Assembly: GCA_016928235.1 (NCBI GenBank)
Contig: JAFGLD010000096.1
Location: forward strand, 3,006-67,005
Reading direction: 5' to 3'
Source of the DNA: Anaerolineae bacterium
GTDB taxonomy: Bacteria; Chloroflexota; Anaerolineae; Aggregatilineales; UBA3940
DNA: 64,000 nucleotides
The position numbers were made by a program, and so were the translations under genes. Below, in pieces: positions 1 to 9,175 of the stretch; the first letter of the stretch is position 1, and each line of letters starts with the position of its first letter. The notes under the pieces are model-generated. The model saw nothing but the letters and a program-made list of their open reading frames with translations. It ran no database searches and was not told the origin of the DNA.

Positions 1-618
1 TGTACATTTGGCCAGGCATCGGATCACCCGGCCCGTTTCCTGATCGAGCAGGTAGGCGCCCAGGCATGACAATGGCGCGTAGATGCTTAAGCGGTTGCGA
101 GAATGGTGAGCCGGGGTCAGCAAGTTGACCGCTGTATGGCCGGTGAGCAGTCTGATATTGGTGTGATCGCTCAGCCGCTGGAGGAGAGCCATCTCGATTG
201 CCCGTCCGGTGGCATCGGTGGCGTGAAGGACACGTGGAACAGAGTGTCCACCTTCGAGCGCCAGCGAAAACGATTGATCGGCGGCGCGATCGAAGGCCAC
301 ACCCACCTTGTCGATCAGAATCTCGCGGACCAGGCTGGGCCCGCGCTCTGCCAGCAGCTTCACGGCGCGGGCGTCACACAGCCCTGCCCCCGCCCGCGTA
401 ATATCCTCCGCCAGCAATTCGGGCGAGTCATCTTCGCCCTGATAGACGATCCCGCCCTGGGCCTGATAGGTATTGGTGTCGTTAGACTCTTTAGCGCGGG
501 TGACGAGTGTGACCCCAACCCCGGCTTCGGCGAGCTGAAGCGCCGCCGTACCGCCCGCAATACCACACCCGATGATCAGGACATCGGTTTCGATGCATTC
601 TTGAGTTGGATATTCCAC
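1..618 (-). CDS. nadB: L-aspartate oxidase, N-terminal part; the gene runs off the left edge of the window
   Basis: It is absent from the ORF track because it has no stop codon in the window. Reverse-strand translation from GTG (618-616) gives MEYPTQECIETDVLIIGCGIAGGTAALQLAEAG...AQGGIVYQ...LEGGHSVPRVLHATDATGRAIE. This contains an FAD GxGxxG fold and matches the NadB / flavoprotein-subunit family. The start lies 2 nt after the nadA stop. Confidence 0.8.
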   Translation of the reverse strand, partial: MEYPTQECIETDVLIIGCGIAGGTAALQLAEAGVGVTLVTRAKESNDTNTYQAQGGIVYQGEDDSPELLAEDITRAGAGLCDARAVKLLAERGPSLVREILIDKVGVAFDRAADQSFSLALEGGHSVPRVLHATDATGRAIEMALLQRLSDHTNIRLLTGHTAVNLLTPAHHSRNRLSIYAPLSCLGAYLLDQETGRVIRCLAKCT

Positions 619-620
619 AG

Positions 621-1661
621 TTAAGCTCCAGATGCGCCGATCGCGATCATACGCTCGACGGCCTGCGCCGCTCGCATCCGAATCTCTTCGGGAACTTCGA
701 TCACGTATTGAGTGTGAAGAAGGGAGTCGCGGACACCCTCCAGGGTGATTTGATTCATGTGCGGACAACGCACGCTGCACAGTTGAAGGATCTCTTTGTC
801 CGGGTTAGCGGCAGCGACGTTCTCTCCCATCGCGCATTCGGTCAGCAGCAGGTAGCGAGGCGCCTGGGTCTGTTCGATGTATCGAATCATCGCTGTTGTG
901 CTGCCGGAGAAATCGGAAGCGTCCACGACTTCAGGGCTGCACTCCGGGTGGGTCAGTATCACAACATCGGGGAACTGTTGGCGAATGCGCGCGATGTCTT
1001 GCACAGTGAACTTCTCGTGTACTTCGCAGCGACCGTGCCACCCCACGAGCTGGAAATCGACTTCTGTATCGATCCGGGAAGACAGACCGGGGAATATGAT
1101 ATGCTTCCCGGTTTCTCCGGCTACGTTGCGCGCCATGTATTCATCGGGCAGGAAGATGATCGTGTCATCCGGCAGTGATTCGACCACAGCTTTGGCGTTC
1201 GAAGATGTGCAGCAGATGTCGCTCTCAGCTTTGACATCGGCATAGGTGTTGACATAAGTGACGACCGGCACACCAGGGAAGCGCGCTTTGAGCCGGCGGA
1301 CATCATCGGCGGTGATGCTGGTAGCTAACGAGCAGCCGGCTTCCTTTGCCGGCAGCAGCACGGTCTTAGACGGGCTCAGAATCTTGGCCGTCTCGGCCAT
1401 AAAACGCACGCCGCAGAAGATGATGATGTCTTTGTCGGTCTGGGCGGCCTTACGGCTCAGTTCCAACGAGTCTCCCCGGTAATCGGGGATGGAATGATAG
1501 AGGGTCGGCTCCATGTAGCTGTGTCCCAGGATGACGGCATTCTTCTCCTTCTTGAGCCGGTTGACTTCAACGGCCAGTTCAGCCTTATAACGCAGCTCGA
1601 CATCGGGTACGACATCGTGCAATTTGGCTTTCAGAGCCTGATACATGGCATCTACCGGCAT
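621..1661 (-). CDS. nadA: quinolinate synthase
   Basis: 346-aa ORF. Motifs ILGHSYM, FCGVRFMAETAKIL, VTYVNTYADVKA, ILTHPECSPEV and CPHMNQITL are typical of NadA. A GGGAGG RBS precedes the ATG. The gene overlaps the nadC stop by 10 nt. Confidence 0.9.
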   Translation of the reverse strand: MPVDAMYQALKAKLHDVVPDVELRYKAELAVEVNRLKKEKNAVILGHSYMEPTLYHSIPDYRGDSLELSRKAAQTDKDIIIFCGVRFMAETAKILSPSKTVLLPAKEAGCSLATSITADDVRRLKARFPGVPVVTYVNTYADVKAESDICCTSSNAKAVVESLPDDTIIFLPDEYMARNVAGETGKHIIFPGLSSRIDTEVDFQLVGWHGRCEVHEKFTVQDIARIRQQFPDVVILTHPECSPEVVDASDFSGSTTAMIRYIEQTQAPRYLLLTECAMGENVAAANPDKEILQLCSVRCPHMNQITLEGVRDSLLHTQYVIEVPEEIRMRAAQAVERMIAIGASGA

Positions 1662-2533
1662 GGTTGTCCTCCCACATACGGCGCATTGAGCAGCAACGTG
1701 AAATCCAGCGCCCGTATCGAGTGTGTCAGCGCCCCTACAGAGATGTAATCGACGCCGGTGGAAGCGACCTCGGCGACGTCCTCCAGGGTGATATTGCCGG
1801 AAGCTTCCAGGGGAATGCGACCGTCGGTGACCTGTACGGCTTCCCGCATCTCGTCGACGGTCATATTGTCCAAAAGAATACGGTCGACGTTCAACCCCAG
1901 CGCCTCTTGAAGCTCGGTCAGATTTTTAACTTCGACCTCGATGGCGAGTCGGCATTGGTTGTTGGCCTGAACGCGCTCTATGGCCCTGGTGATGCTGCCC
2001 CCTGCCGCGGTGATATGATTCTCTTTGATGAGCACCATGTCGTACAGGCCAAAACGATGATTCTGGCCGCCGCCTATCCGTACTGCCCACTTATCGAGCA
2101 CGCGCAAGCCCGGCACCGTCTTGCGGGTGTCAAGGATGACCGCCGATGTGCCCTTGATGGCCTCGACGAAGCGCCGCGTCAGCGTAGCAATGCCGGACAT
2201 CCGCTGAAGGAGGTTGAGCGCGACCCGCTCGCCGCTAAGCAAGGCCCGGCCCGGCCCGCATACCTCCGCGACAACCTGCCCGTCAGCCACTGAATCGCCG
2301 TCGATAGTCTTGGGGATGAACCGCACGCGCTCGTCGACCAGCTCCAGAGTGCGTCGAGCAACTTCGAGCCCGGCTACTACCCCCAACTGTTTAGCGATCA
2401 GTTGGCCGTCAAGCATCACTTCGGGAGCCACCGTCCACAACGTGGTGACATCGCCATCGCCCACGTCCTCTTCGAGCGCCCGCCGGATAACCATTTCAAC
2501 CTGTGAAGTTAATACATCGATCTGCGTCAACAA
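1652..2533 (-). CDS. nadC: nicotinate-nucleotide (quinolinate) pyrophosphorylase
   Basis: Core motifs DVTT, ILDTRKTVPGLR, HRFGLYDMVLIKENHI and LLDNM. The track ORF (to 2707) has a non-protein-like N-terminal extension. I place the start at TTG 2533-2531, which sits 6 nt downstream of GGAGG (2544-2540). An ATG at 2494 is the alternative. Confidence 0.85.
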   Translation of the reverse strand: MLTQIDVLTSQVEMVIRRALEEDVGDGDVTTLWTVAPEVMLDGQLIAKQLGVVAGLEVARRTLELVDERVRFIPKTIDGDSVADGQVVAEVCGPGRALLSGERVALNLLQRMSGIATLTRRFVEAIKGTSAVILDTRKTVPGLRVLDKWAVRIGGGQNHRFGLYDMVLIKENHITAAGGSITRAIERVQANNQCRLAIEVEVKNLTELQEALGLNVDRILLDNMTVDEMREAVQVTDGRIPLEASGNITLEDVAEVASTGVDYISVGALTHSIRALDFTLLLNAPYVGGQPCR

Positions 2534-2986
2534 CGATAGCCTCCAACTCAAAAGTAATGTCAGTATACCGCAATTAGGCAACAGGTGGGATGAATTGGTT
2601 GCCCAACAGCGATCTGTGACCGTGATGGTTACCGGCCAATCGCTGAGAGCTGTTCGCCGAAAACCGCGGCGCGGACAAACGAGTGTATTGGACACGCATC
2701 GACACAAAACAACCGCTGGAGACTTCTTTCTATAGCTTTTCAGAAAACGTTCCGGACAACTTTGTGCTTACGAGAAACGTGACTTTGTTCAGCGCATTAT
2801 CTGAAAAGCTATATCTCACACCCGCTCTATCCCCTGATAATCAAGCCTGTCAGCCGGGCTTGTATCCTCATATAAGCGTCGATGGGCGTTGTACCGGTCT
2901 GACTGGACCGATCATAGACAGAGGAGCAAGCTCATTGCAGACGGTAGGAACGACGTTGCAAAGGGTCGGCATTTTACGAGGCCGCT

Positions 2987-3660
2987 GTGAGCGCCGTCAA
3001 TGCCCAGCATGCCTCTGCCGGCACCCAGCGAGACGCCTCACGCCGGCACGACGAGACCAGGCAGACGGCCTGGGATGCCTACCAGGCGCTGGCAAAGCTG
3101 GCTCGGGCCAACTTTAAGCCCAACTGGCATCGCTGGGACTCAGCGGCTCGATGCCACGCACCACGGTCGGGTTCATCGCCGCCGCCACGACGCTGTTCGA
3201 AAATGCCGGAGGCATTCCACATCTGGCCCATTACGGCTACGACGCGGCCAGGCTGGCCTCCAAGCGCACCAGGATCACAGCCTACATCGAAGCAGATAAT
3301 CGACAGGAAGCTGCCAAAGGCGCGACCCAACAGTCGACGCGCGAACAGGAGGCGGCGCTGCGGGCATTGAATGAGTGGATCGCCCAGTACATCAAAGTCG
3401 CCAGGATCGCGCTGCGGAAGAAGGCGCAACTGCTGGAGAAGATCGGCATCAGGGCGCGAGCGAGCAGGTCGCAACGCGAAGCGGTCGGGCAGAAGACATG
3501 GGACAGCCGGAGGAGACGATCGCGTCAGGGTAAGAGGCGACTCTGGCAGTATGTCGATTTGCGGCAACGATGGGCGCGAGTACAATGGGAGTGCGACGTG
3601 AACGGCAGGGCGTCTGTCAAGGCAATCCATTTTTCTTCGATTTATCGGGAACAAACATGA
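2987..3660 (+). pseudogene. hypothetical helical-repeat protein, apparently split by a 1-nt frameshift near 3116-3124
   Basis: Frame 2 (2987..) reads ...TRQTAWDAYQALAKLARANFKPN. Frame 1 opens right after a TAA at 3115-3117 and reads AQLASLGLSG...REQEAALRALNEWIAQYIKVARIALRKKAQLLEKIGI. The two halves repeat the same pattern (W..Y...AR.A......L..(L/I)G(L/I)), and the pattern is completed only if the frames are joined. The frame-1 stop overlaps the ECF sigma start (ATGA at 3657-3660). Confidence 0.35.
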
Positions 3661-4316
3661 CCGACCGGACAAATGAAGAGTGGCTGGCCGATTTATCATC
3701 GACGGGACAGCAACGCGCCCAGGCAATTGAGGATTTGCGCAAGCGCCTTGAGCGTGGCCTGTTCTTTTACCTGTCCCATGAACGCAGCGATCTGGGCGGG
3801 CGTTCGACCGAGGATCTTCAGCACATGGCTCAGGACTTCGTTCAGGACGCGCTGATCAAGGTCCTGGATAACCTGGGCTCGTTCCGGGCTGAAAGCTTGT
3901 TCACAACCTGGGCGACAAAGATCGCCACCCGCGTGGCTATCAGCGAACTGCGCCGCGCGCGGTGGAAAGATTACTCGCTGGAGACTATCACCAGCGATGG
4001 TGAAGTCATGCCAACCGTTACGTCGCTCGATGCCTCACCCACTGATATGCCTCAACCGGAAGATCATACCGAGAGACAGGAGATCCTCGATCTGCTGGAT
4101 GATGCCATCAACACGGCACTCACCGATCGACAGCGTACGGCGCTGCTGGCCCACGCCGTCGAAGGCATGCCCGTTGAGGAGATCGCGCGGCGGATGGATA
4201 CCAATCGTAATGCCCTGTATAAGCTGATCCACGATGCCCGGATCAAGCTGAAGCACTATCTGGAGCAGCAGGAGATCACTCTCGATTACCTGGCCGATCT
4301 GTTCGAAACGACATGA
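3657..4316 (+). CDS. ECF-type RNA polymerase sigma factor (sigma-70 family, regions 2 and 4)
   Basis: Region 2-like AQDFVQDALIKVL...FTTWATKIATRVAISELRR and region 4 HTH LTDRQRTALLAHAVEGMPVEEIARRMDTNRNALYKLIHDARIKLK. The start is taken at the internal ATG 3657 (MTDRTNEEW). The upstream part of the track ORF is not protein-like. Confidence 0.85.
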   Translation: MTDRTNEEWLADLSSTGQQRAQAIEDLRKRLERGLFFYLSHERSDLGGRSTEDLQHMAQDFVQDALIKVLDNLGSFRAESLFTTWATKIATRVAISELRRARWKDYSLETITSDGEVMPTVTSLDASPTDMPQPEDHTERQEILDLLDDAINTALTDRQRTALLAHAVEGMPVEEIARRMDTNRNALYKLIHDARIKLKHYLEQQEITLDYLADLFETT

Positions 4317-4390
4317 GAAGGAGCCCTTCCCTGCCCATCGGACTGCCGTATGGGTTGTAAGATCACATGCGCAGGAGACGTCCTGATTAT

Positions 4391-4687
4391 ATGAATGACA
4401 CTTCAAAATCCGAGCCACCCAAGAGACACCACTGCGGACATCAAGACATTGCGGGCCTGATGAGGACGATCTTTTCCGCCGAGGATGACGACATTACATG
4501 CGGTGAATGCTACGATCACATCGATGAGTACGTCGACATGCTGCGGGCCGGGGAAGATGCTGCCACTGTGTTACCCAAAGTCAAGACCCATCTGGCGCAA
4601 TGCAAATGCTGCGAGATGGAGTTTAAGGCCTTCATAGCCATCCTCGAAGCCGAAGCCGATCGGGATCGAGACACGCCGGTTGGGTAG
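4391..4687 (+). CDS. soluble zinc-binding (ZAS-type) anti-sigma factor, RsrA-like
   Basis: About 98 aa with no TM segment. It has an Hx3Cx2C motif (THLAQCKCC) plus N-terminal CGEC/HHCGH cysteines, and it lies directly downstream of the ECF sigma gene. The start could instead be 4367. Confidence 0.65.
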   Translation: MNDTSKSEPPKRHHCGHQDIAGLMRTIFSAEDDDITCGECYDHIDEYVDMLRAGEDAATVLPKVKTHLAQCKCCEMEFKAFIAILEAEADRDRDTPVG

Positions 4688-4723
4688 GAATGGATTTACG
4701 TTCACCATAGACAGATTATGATG

Positions 4724-4782
4724 AACAACTATCGGCTACTGACTGCCAACTATCAGCCAACAACCCACAATCAACAACCAAG
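4724..4782 (+). repeat. C/A-rich heptamer-like tandem repeat in the trxB leader
   Basis: CAACTAT CGGCTAC TGACTGC CAACTAT CAGCCAA CAACCCA CAATCAA CAACCAA, read directly from the sequence. It ends about 15 nt before the trxB ATG. Confidence 0.6.
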
Positions 4783-4797
4783 AAGGAAATCAAGAAC

Positions 4798-5727
4798 ATG
4801 CAGGAAGAGAAGATTGTCGTGATCGGATCCGGACCGGCTGGTTTGACAGCCGCCTTGTACGCAGCCCGAGCCGGCTTGAACCCAATCGTCATCACCGGCA
4901 ACGCGATAGGCGGACAGGTGGCGATCACATACGAGGTTGAGAACTACCCCGGCTTCCCCGAAGGCGTGAGCGGGCCTGACCTGGTCGAGAGCTTCCGGAA
5001 GCAGGCGGAGCGATTTGGTGCTCGTGTTGTCCAGGATGTGGTCACCGAGGTCGATTTCACGCACGGGTCGCCTTTCACAGTCAAGACGCAGCAGCAGACT
5101 TACCTGTCCCAGTCTGTGATCATCGCCACAGGGGCATCGCCTCGACGTCTTGGCGTTCCCGGAGAGGACGCCTTCATCGGGCGCGGCGTCAGCTACTGCG
5201 CGACCTGCGACGGCTTCTTCTTCCGCGGCAAAGATGTCGTCGTGGTGGGCGGCGGCGACAGCGCGTTGGAGGAGGGCATCTTTCTAACCCGCTTTGCCGA
5301 CAGTGTGCGGATCATCCATCGCCGTGATGAACTCCGCGCCGGGCAACTCTTGCAGGATCGAGCAATGCGCAACGAGAAGATATCTTTTGTCTGGGATACC
5401 GTCGTCGATGAGATCGGCGGCGGTAACACCGTCGAGAATGTCACCTTGCGCAACATCAAGACCGGGGAGACACAGCCGCTGACAACCGACGGCGTGTTTG
5501 TCTTCATCGGGCACCTCCCCAACAACAGCCTGTTCCAGGGCCAGATCGACATGGACAATCAGGGCTATATCATCACCGATCAGCACAAACAAACCAATGT
5601 GACAGGGATCTTCGCCGCAGGCGAAATCCAGGATTCTATTTTTCGGCAGGTTGCCACATCAGTCGGGCAGGGATGCTCGGCGGGCATGGCAGCCATTCGT
5701 TGGCTGGAAGACCAGGAGGAAGACTGA
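4798..5727 (+). CDS. trxB: thioredoxin-disulfide reductase
   Basis: GSGPAG FAD motif, redox-active CATC (YCATCDG), and [14 protein letters not shown] motif. 309 aa. Confidence 0.92.
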   Translation: MQEEKIVVIGSGPAGLTAALYAARAGLNPIVITGNAIGGQVAITYEVENYPGFPEGVSGPDLVESFRKQAERFGARVVQDVVTEVDFTHGSPFTVKTQQQTYLSQSVIIATGASPRRLGVPGEDAFIGRGVSYCATCDGFFFRGKDVVVVGGGDSALEEGIFLTRFADSVRIIHRRDELRAGQLLQDRAMRNEKISFVWDTVVDEIGGGNTVENVTLRNIKTGETQPLTTDGVFVFIGHLPNNSLFQGQIDMDNQGYIITDQHKQTNVTGIFAAGEIQDSIFRQVATSVGQGCSAGMAAIRWLEDQEED

Positions 5728-5728
5728 G

Positions 5729-6409
5729 ATGAAATATCGGATCGCGGGTACCACTATGCAGTCGCTGGGCGTTCTCCTCTCCCAGGGAGAGGCCATGGTT
5801 ACCGAAGCCGGCGGTATGTCATGGATGAAAGGCAGTATCGATATGAAGACCGATATGCCGGGCGGTCTTCTGGGCGGGCTGTCACGGGCCGCGATGGGCG
5901 AGTCAGTTTTCTTGACGACCTATACCTGCCGGAGTCCACAAGGGGAAATTACCTTTACCCCTGAGGCACCCGGCTCGATTGTGCCGATCGAGCTGGCAGA
6001 AGGACAGTCGATTCTTGCCCAGCGCGATGCCTTTATGTGTGCTCAACAAAGCGTGACTCTGTCTATCCACTTCCGGAAGAAGTTGGGGGTCGCGTTGTTT
6101 GGTGGTGAAGGGTTCATTTTGCAGCGGGTCACCGGGCCGGGCATGGCTTTCTTCGAGATCGACGGTGAGGTTGTTGAGATCGATCTACCGGCCAATGAAA
6201 CCATGCGTGTTGACCCTGGCCATATCGCGCTCCTGGAGCCATCGGTCAACTGCAATATTGAGAGGATCAAGGGTGTTTCCAACATCCTGTTCGGTGGTGA
6301 AGGATTGTTCCTGGCAACCCTATCCGGTCCCGGTAAGATCTGGTTGCAAACAATGCCGATCAACAATTTGATCGCCAAAATTGTTGCCAAGATACCCAGT
6401 AAAGGGTAA
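5729..6409 (+). CDS. AIM24/TIGR00266 (DUF124) family protein
   Basis: MKYRIAGTTMQSLGVLLSQGEAMVTEAGGMSWM...GEGFILQRVTGPGMAFFEIDGEVVEIDL...GEGLFLATLSGPGKIWLQTMP matches the family pattern. The ATG at 5729 is 1 nt after the trxB stop. Confidence 0.7.
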   Translation: MKYRIAGTTMQSLGVLLSQGEAMVTEAGGMSWMKGSIDMKTDMPGGLLGGLSRAAMGESVFLTTYTCRSPQGEITFTPEAPGSIVPIELAEGQSILAQRDAFMCAQQSVTLSIHFRKKLGVALFGGEGFILQRVTGPGMAFFEIDGEVVEIDLPANETMRVDPGHIALLEPSVNCNIERIKGVSNILFGGEGLFLATLSGPGKIWLQTMPINNLIAKIVAKIPSKG

Positions 6410-6475
6410 GCAGTATCTTCTCGCGAATCAAAAACCGCGCATGGCCTGGCCATGCGCGGTCTCTTGTGTTCCCAA

Positions 6476-7687
6476 TCAGGAGAGGTAATCTCTCAGGTTA
6501 TGTGCCAGGCGCGGATGACGCAACCGGCGCAGAGCTTCTTTCTCGAGCTGGCGAATACGCTCACGCGAGAGCCCAAACTTATTGGCGATCTCCTCCAGGG
6601 TGTGCTGTTCGCCGCCCCCCAGGCCAAACCGCAGCCGGAGAATATGTGCCTGGCGCGGAGTCAGCTCAGAGAGCACTTCCTCAATTGTTTCTTGCAACAG
6701 GTGATGGGCAGCTGCTTCGCCTGGTTCCGGCGTGTCTTGATCTTCGATAAAATCACCGAATTCGCTATCGCCGTCATCACCAACCGGACGCTCCAAGGCA
6801 ATGGCATGTTGGCTGGCATCCATCATTCCCCGTACATTCTCGGCCGGGATATCCATCTCCTCGGCGATCTCCTCAGGGGTGGGCCGGCGACCAAGCTCCT
6901 GTTCCAGGATTTGCGCCGTACGATACATCTGGCGGATGCGCTCGGTCATGTGCAATGGAATACGAATGGTGCGTGTCTTCTGAGCCAGAGCCCGGGTGAT
7001 AGCCTGGCGAATCCACCATGTGGCATAGGTGCTGAAGCGATTACCACGGGTGTAGTCATACTTGTCTACCGCGCGCATCAGGCCAACGTTGCCTTCCTGG
7101 ATAAGATCGGGGAAGGGCAGCCCTTGACCCATATAACGTTTGGCAATGCTCACAACCAGACGTGTATTGGCGCGACCCAGGTGCTCGCGAGCTTCTTGGG
7201 AGTTCTCAATAATCGAGATCGCGTCAGCGCGTTGTGACTTGTCAAGATCAGCAGAACCGCGCTCCAGTGATCGGCGCACTTTCCGGCCACACTCAATCCG
7301 CTTGGCAAGATCGATCTCTTCGTTTGCCGTTAGGAGCGGTTCCTGCGCCATTTGACGGAAGTACAGGCCAACGGGATCGTCTGCTGATACCGCGCTGATA
7401 TCTGCCAACTCCTCCTCTTCCTTGGCCACGTCATCATCTTCGACCCCCATGGCCTTGAGTTCAGCATATAATTCCTCATCGGCCCGATGTCGAACTTCGA
7501 TGCCAAGTTCCTGAAGCTCCAGCAGAAGGGCCTCGACAGTCTCCTCGTCGAGATCTTCGGCGATTACTTCGACCAGGTCATCGTAGGTCACATAGCCCTG
7601 CAAGTCAGCGCGTGTAACAAGCTCTTGCATCACATCACCACGCGGATCGTTGAAGGTGTGAATCACTGGGTGAACCCTATCTATCAT
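6476..7687 (-). CDS. rpoD: primary RNA polymerase sigma factor (group 1 sigma-70)
   Basis: Regions 1.2 to 4.2 are all recognisable: YFRQMAQEPLLTANEEIDLAKRIE, DLIQEGNVGLMRAVDKYDYTRGNRFSTYATWWIRQAITRA, IRIPLHM, TLEEIANKFGLSRERIRQLEKEALRRLRHP. The start could be 7687 or the ATG at 7630. Confidence 0.92.
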   Translation of the reverse strand: MIDRVHPVIHTFNDPRGDVMQELVTRADLQGYVTYDDLVEVIAEDLDEETVEALLLELQELGIEVRHRADEELYAELKAMGVEDDDVAKEEEELADISAVSADDPVGLYFRQMAQEPLLTANEEIDLAKRIECGRKVRRSLERGSADLDKSQRADAISIIENSQEAREHLGRANTRLVVSIAKRYMGQGLPFPDLIQEGNVGLMRAVDKYDYTRGNRFSTYATWWIRQAITRALAQKTRTIRIPLHMTERIRQMYRTAQILEQELGRRPTPEEIAEEMDIPAENVRGMMDASQHAIALERPVGDDGDSEFGDFIEDQDTPEPGEAAAHHLLQETIEEVLSELTPRQAHILRLRFGLGGGEQHTLEEIANKFGLSRERIRQLEKEALRRLRHPRLAHNLRDYLS

Positions 7688-8154
7688 ATGTCTATTTAAC
7701 GTCCATTTTTTGTGAGTTTTGCTCCATAGGCAAGCCTTGCTATTTTATCACAGAAAAGATGCAATTTCAATACGTTTGTGTCAACCCAAAGTAGAAATGT
7801 CCCCTTTTGGAGTAGAAAGCGGGTAATATGAGAGCACTTGCGCAGAGGGTAAGGCAACACTAGAGATCGCCCCGATCTCCGGCGTGAGGGTGAGGGTTGG
7901 GCAGAAAGGCTCTGCCCATTGATTCTGCCTGGGATCGCCCGGAAAGCACTAAACTCAAAGGGCACATGGATCACTAAGAGTGCAGCTAGTGAAGCAGATG
8001 GCAAAGGGAAGGGGCCAGGAGGCCGATGTCGAAACGGCGAGGATAACCAGGCAATAATCAGATGGGTGGCAAGCAATTTGATCGGCTAAGGGCCCTGCTC
8101 CACTCACAGGATCGGGCATTGCTTTGTGGGGATGCCCCCCTTCTTGGTTGCCGT

Positions 8155-8844
8155 TTATCCTGTTTCAGGTAGTGATGGCTCATCACCGTCGCTATTTTTG
8201 CTTGCCGGAACAGACAACGGCTCTATCTGTTCCGCGATCTCCGGGCTGACTGCTTTGGTCGCCTCATCCTCTTTGCGTTGCTTTTCCTTCCGATCGTTTC
8301 GCCATTGGTCAATGAGCAGGAACGCCACTCCCAACGTAATGGCGTGATCGGCAAAGTTGGAGATATTGGAGAGCGTCGGTGTGAGCTGTACGTGAACATA
8401 GTCGATGACATGGCCCAGCCGGACACGGTCGATGGCATTGCTGAGCGCGCCGCCACTGATCAGAGCAATGCTCAAACGTGACAGCCAGGCATGGGAGGGC
8501 AGTCTGGGGTAACTGATGATAAAGGCAATGATGGTGACAATCGCCAACAGCAGGAAGATGTCGGCAGCCTGGGGCAGCATACCGAAAGCCGCGCCTTCGT
8601 TATAGCTGTGGGTGACACGAATGAGCCACCCAATTTGCGGAATGGGAACCCACGACTGCCCCAACAGCAGACGCTCAGTTACCATCATCTTCGCGATCTG
8701 ATCGAGGCCAAGGACAGCCCCAACCACGATGATGAAAAGTCCCCACTGCCGGACAAAAGAGCGCCACAAGCTCTCCTGCTGAATGACAGAATTGGCAACG
8801 GACGTATCCGTTATGATTGGTTCTTGTGAAATAGTATCGGACAT
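8155..8844 (-). CDS. lspA: lipoprotein signal peptidase (signal peptidase II)
   Basis: Four TM segments. Motifs THSYNEGAAFGML and GGALSNAIDRVRLGHVIDYV, NFADHAI. The start is taken at ATG 8844 (MSDTISQ). The hydrophilic C-terminal tail is lysine/glutamate-rich. Confidence 0.85.
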   Translation of the reverse strand: MSDTISQEPIITDTSVANSVIQQESLWRSFVRQWGLFIIVVGAVLGLDQIAKMMVTERLLLGQSWVPIPQIGWLIRVTHSYNEGAAFGMLPQAADIFLLLAIVTIIAFIISYPRLPSHAWLSRLSIALISGGALSNAIDRVRLGHVIDYVHVQLTPTLSNISNFADHAITLGVAFLLIDQWRNDRKEKQRKEDEATKAVSPEIAEQIEPLSVPASKNSDGDEPSLPETG

Positions 8845-9125
8845 GATGTATAGAATAGCCCGCCCTGGCCCGATTTGCCACAAGAGAGTCCGGCATCTGC
8901 CGGATACATAGATTCACCTCATAGATCGCGGAGATTTTTATCTGATGTTTCTCGATGAGACATAACCATTCAGTTGTTAGCTGTAAACTACAACTTGTCA
9001 CGCATCACTCAAAACTGTCAAGCAGCCGGCACCAATAACTGAACAGGTGTGGTTCTCACCATTCCCTCATTTGGCCCTACTCTTTGAAGGCAGCAAAACA
9101 ATCAACTGTTGCAATGGTTGCTTTT

Positions 9126-9153
9126 CAATTGTCAATCAGGCAATTGTCAATCA
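9126..9153. repeat. direct 14-nt repeat CAATTGTCAATCA(G/C), two copies
   Basis: caattgtcaatcag g caattgtcaatcac, read directly. It is embedded in a wider CAA/TTG-rich stretch at 9095-9172. Confidence 0.6.
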
Positions 9154-9175
9154 CACAGCAACTTGAGCAATCACC

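Noticed and set aside
103-624. 173-aa plus-strand ORF at the left edge, with nested ORFs at 198..401 and 360..566.
   Set aside because: It is antisense to a clear nadB reading frame (FAD-binding N-terminus) that is missing from the track only because it has no stop in the window. Its composition is the R/G/P-rich pattern typical of antisense frames in G+C-rich genes.
6452-7237. 261-aa plus-strand ORF opposite the primary sigma factor gene.
   Set aside because: The minus strand encodes a complete, motif-perfect RpoD. The plus-strand product has no recognisable motif and no RBS.
7696-8076. 126-aa minus-strand ORF in the rpoD-lspA intergenic region.
   Set aside because: The sequence is P/S/R/L-rich and not protein-like, with no RBS. 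It more probably lies in the long rpoD leader/promoter region. I also looked here for tRNA or 6S-like features and could not support any.
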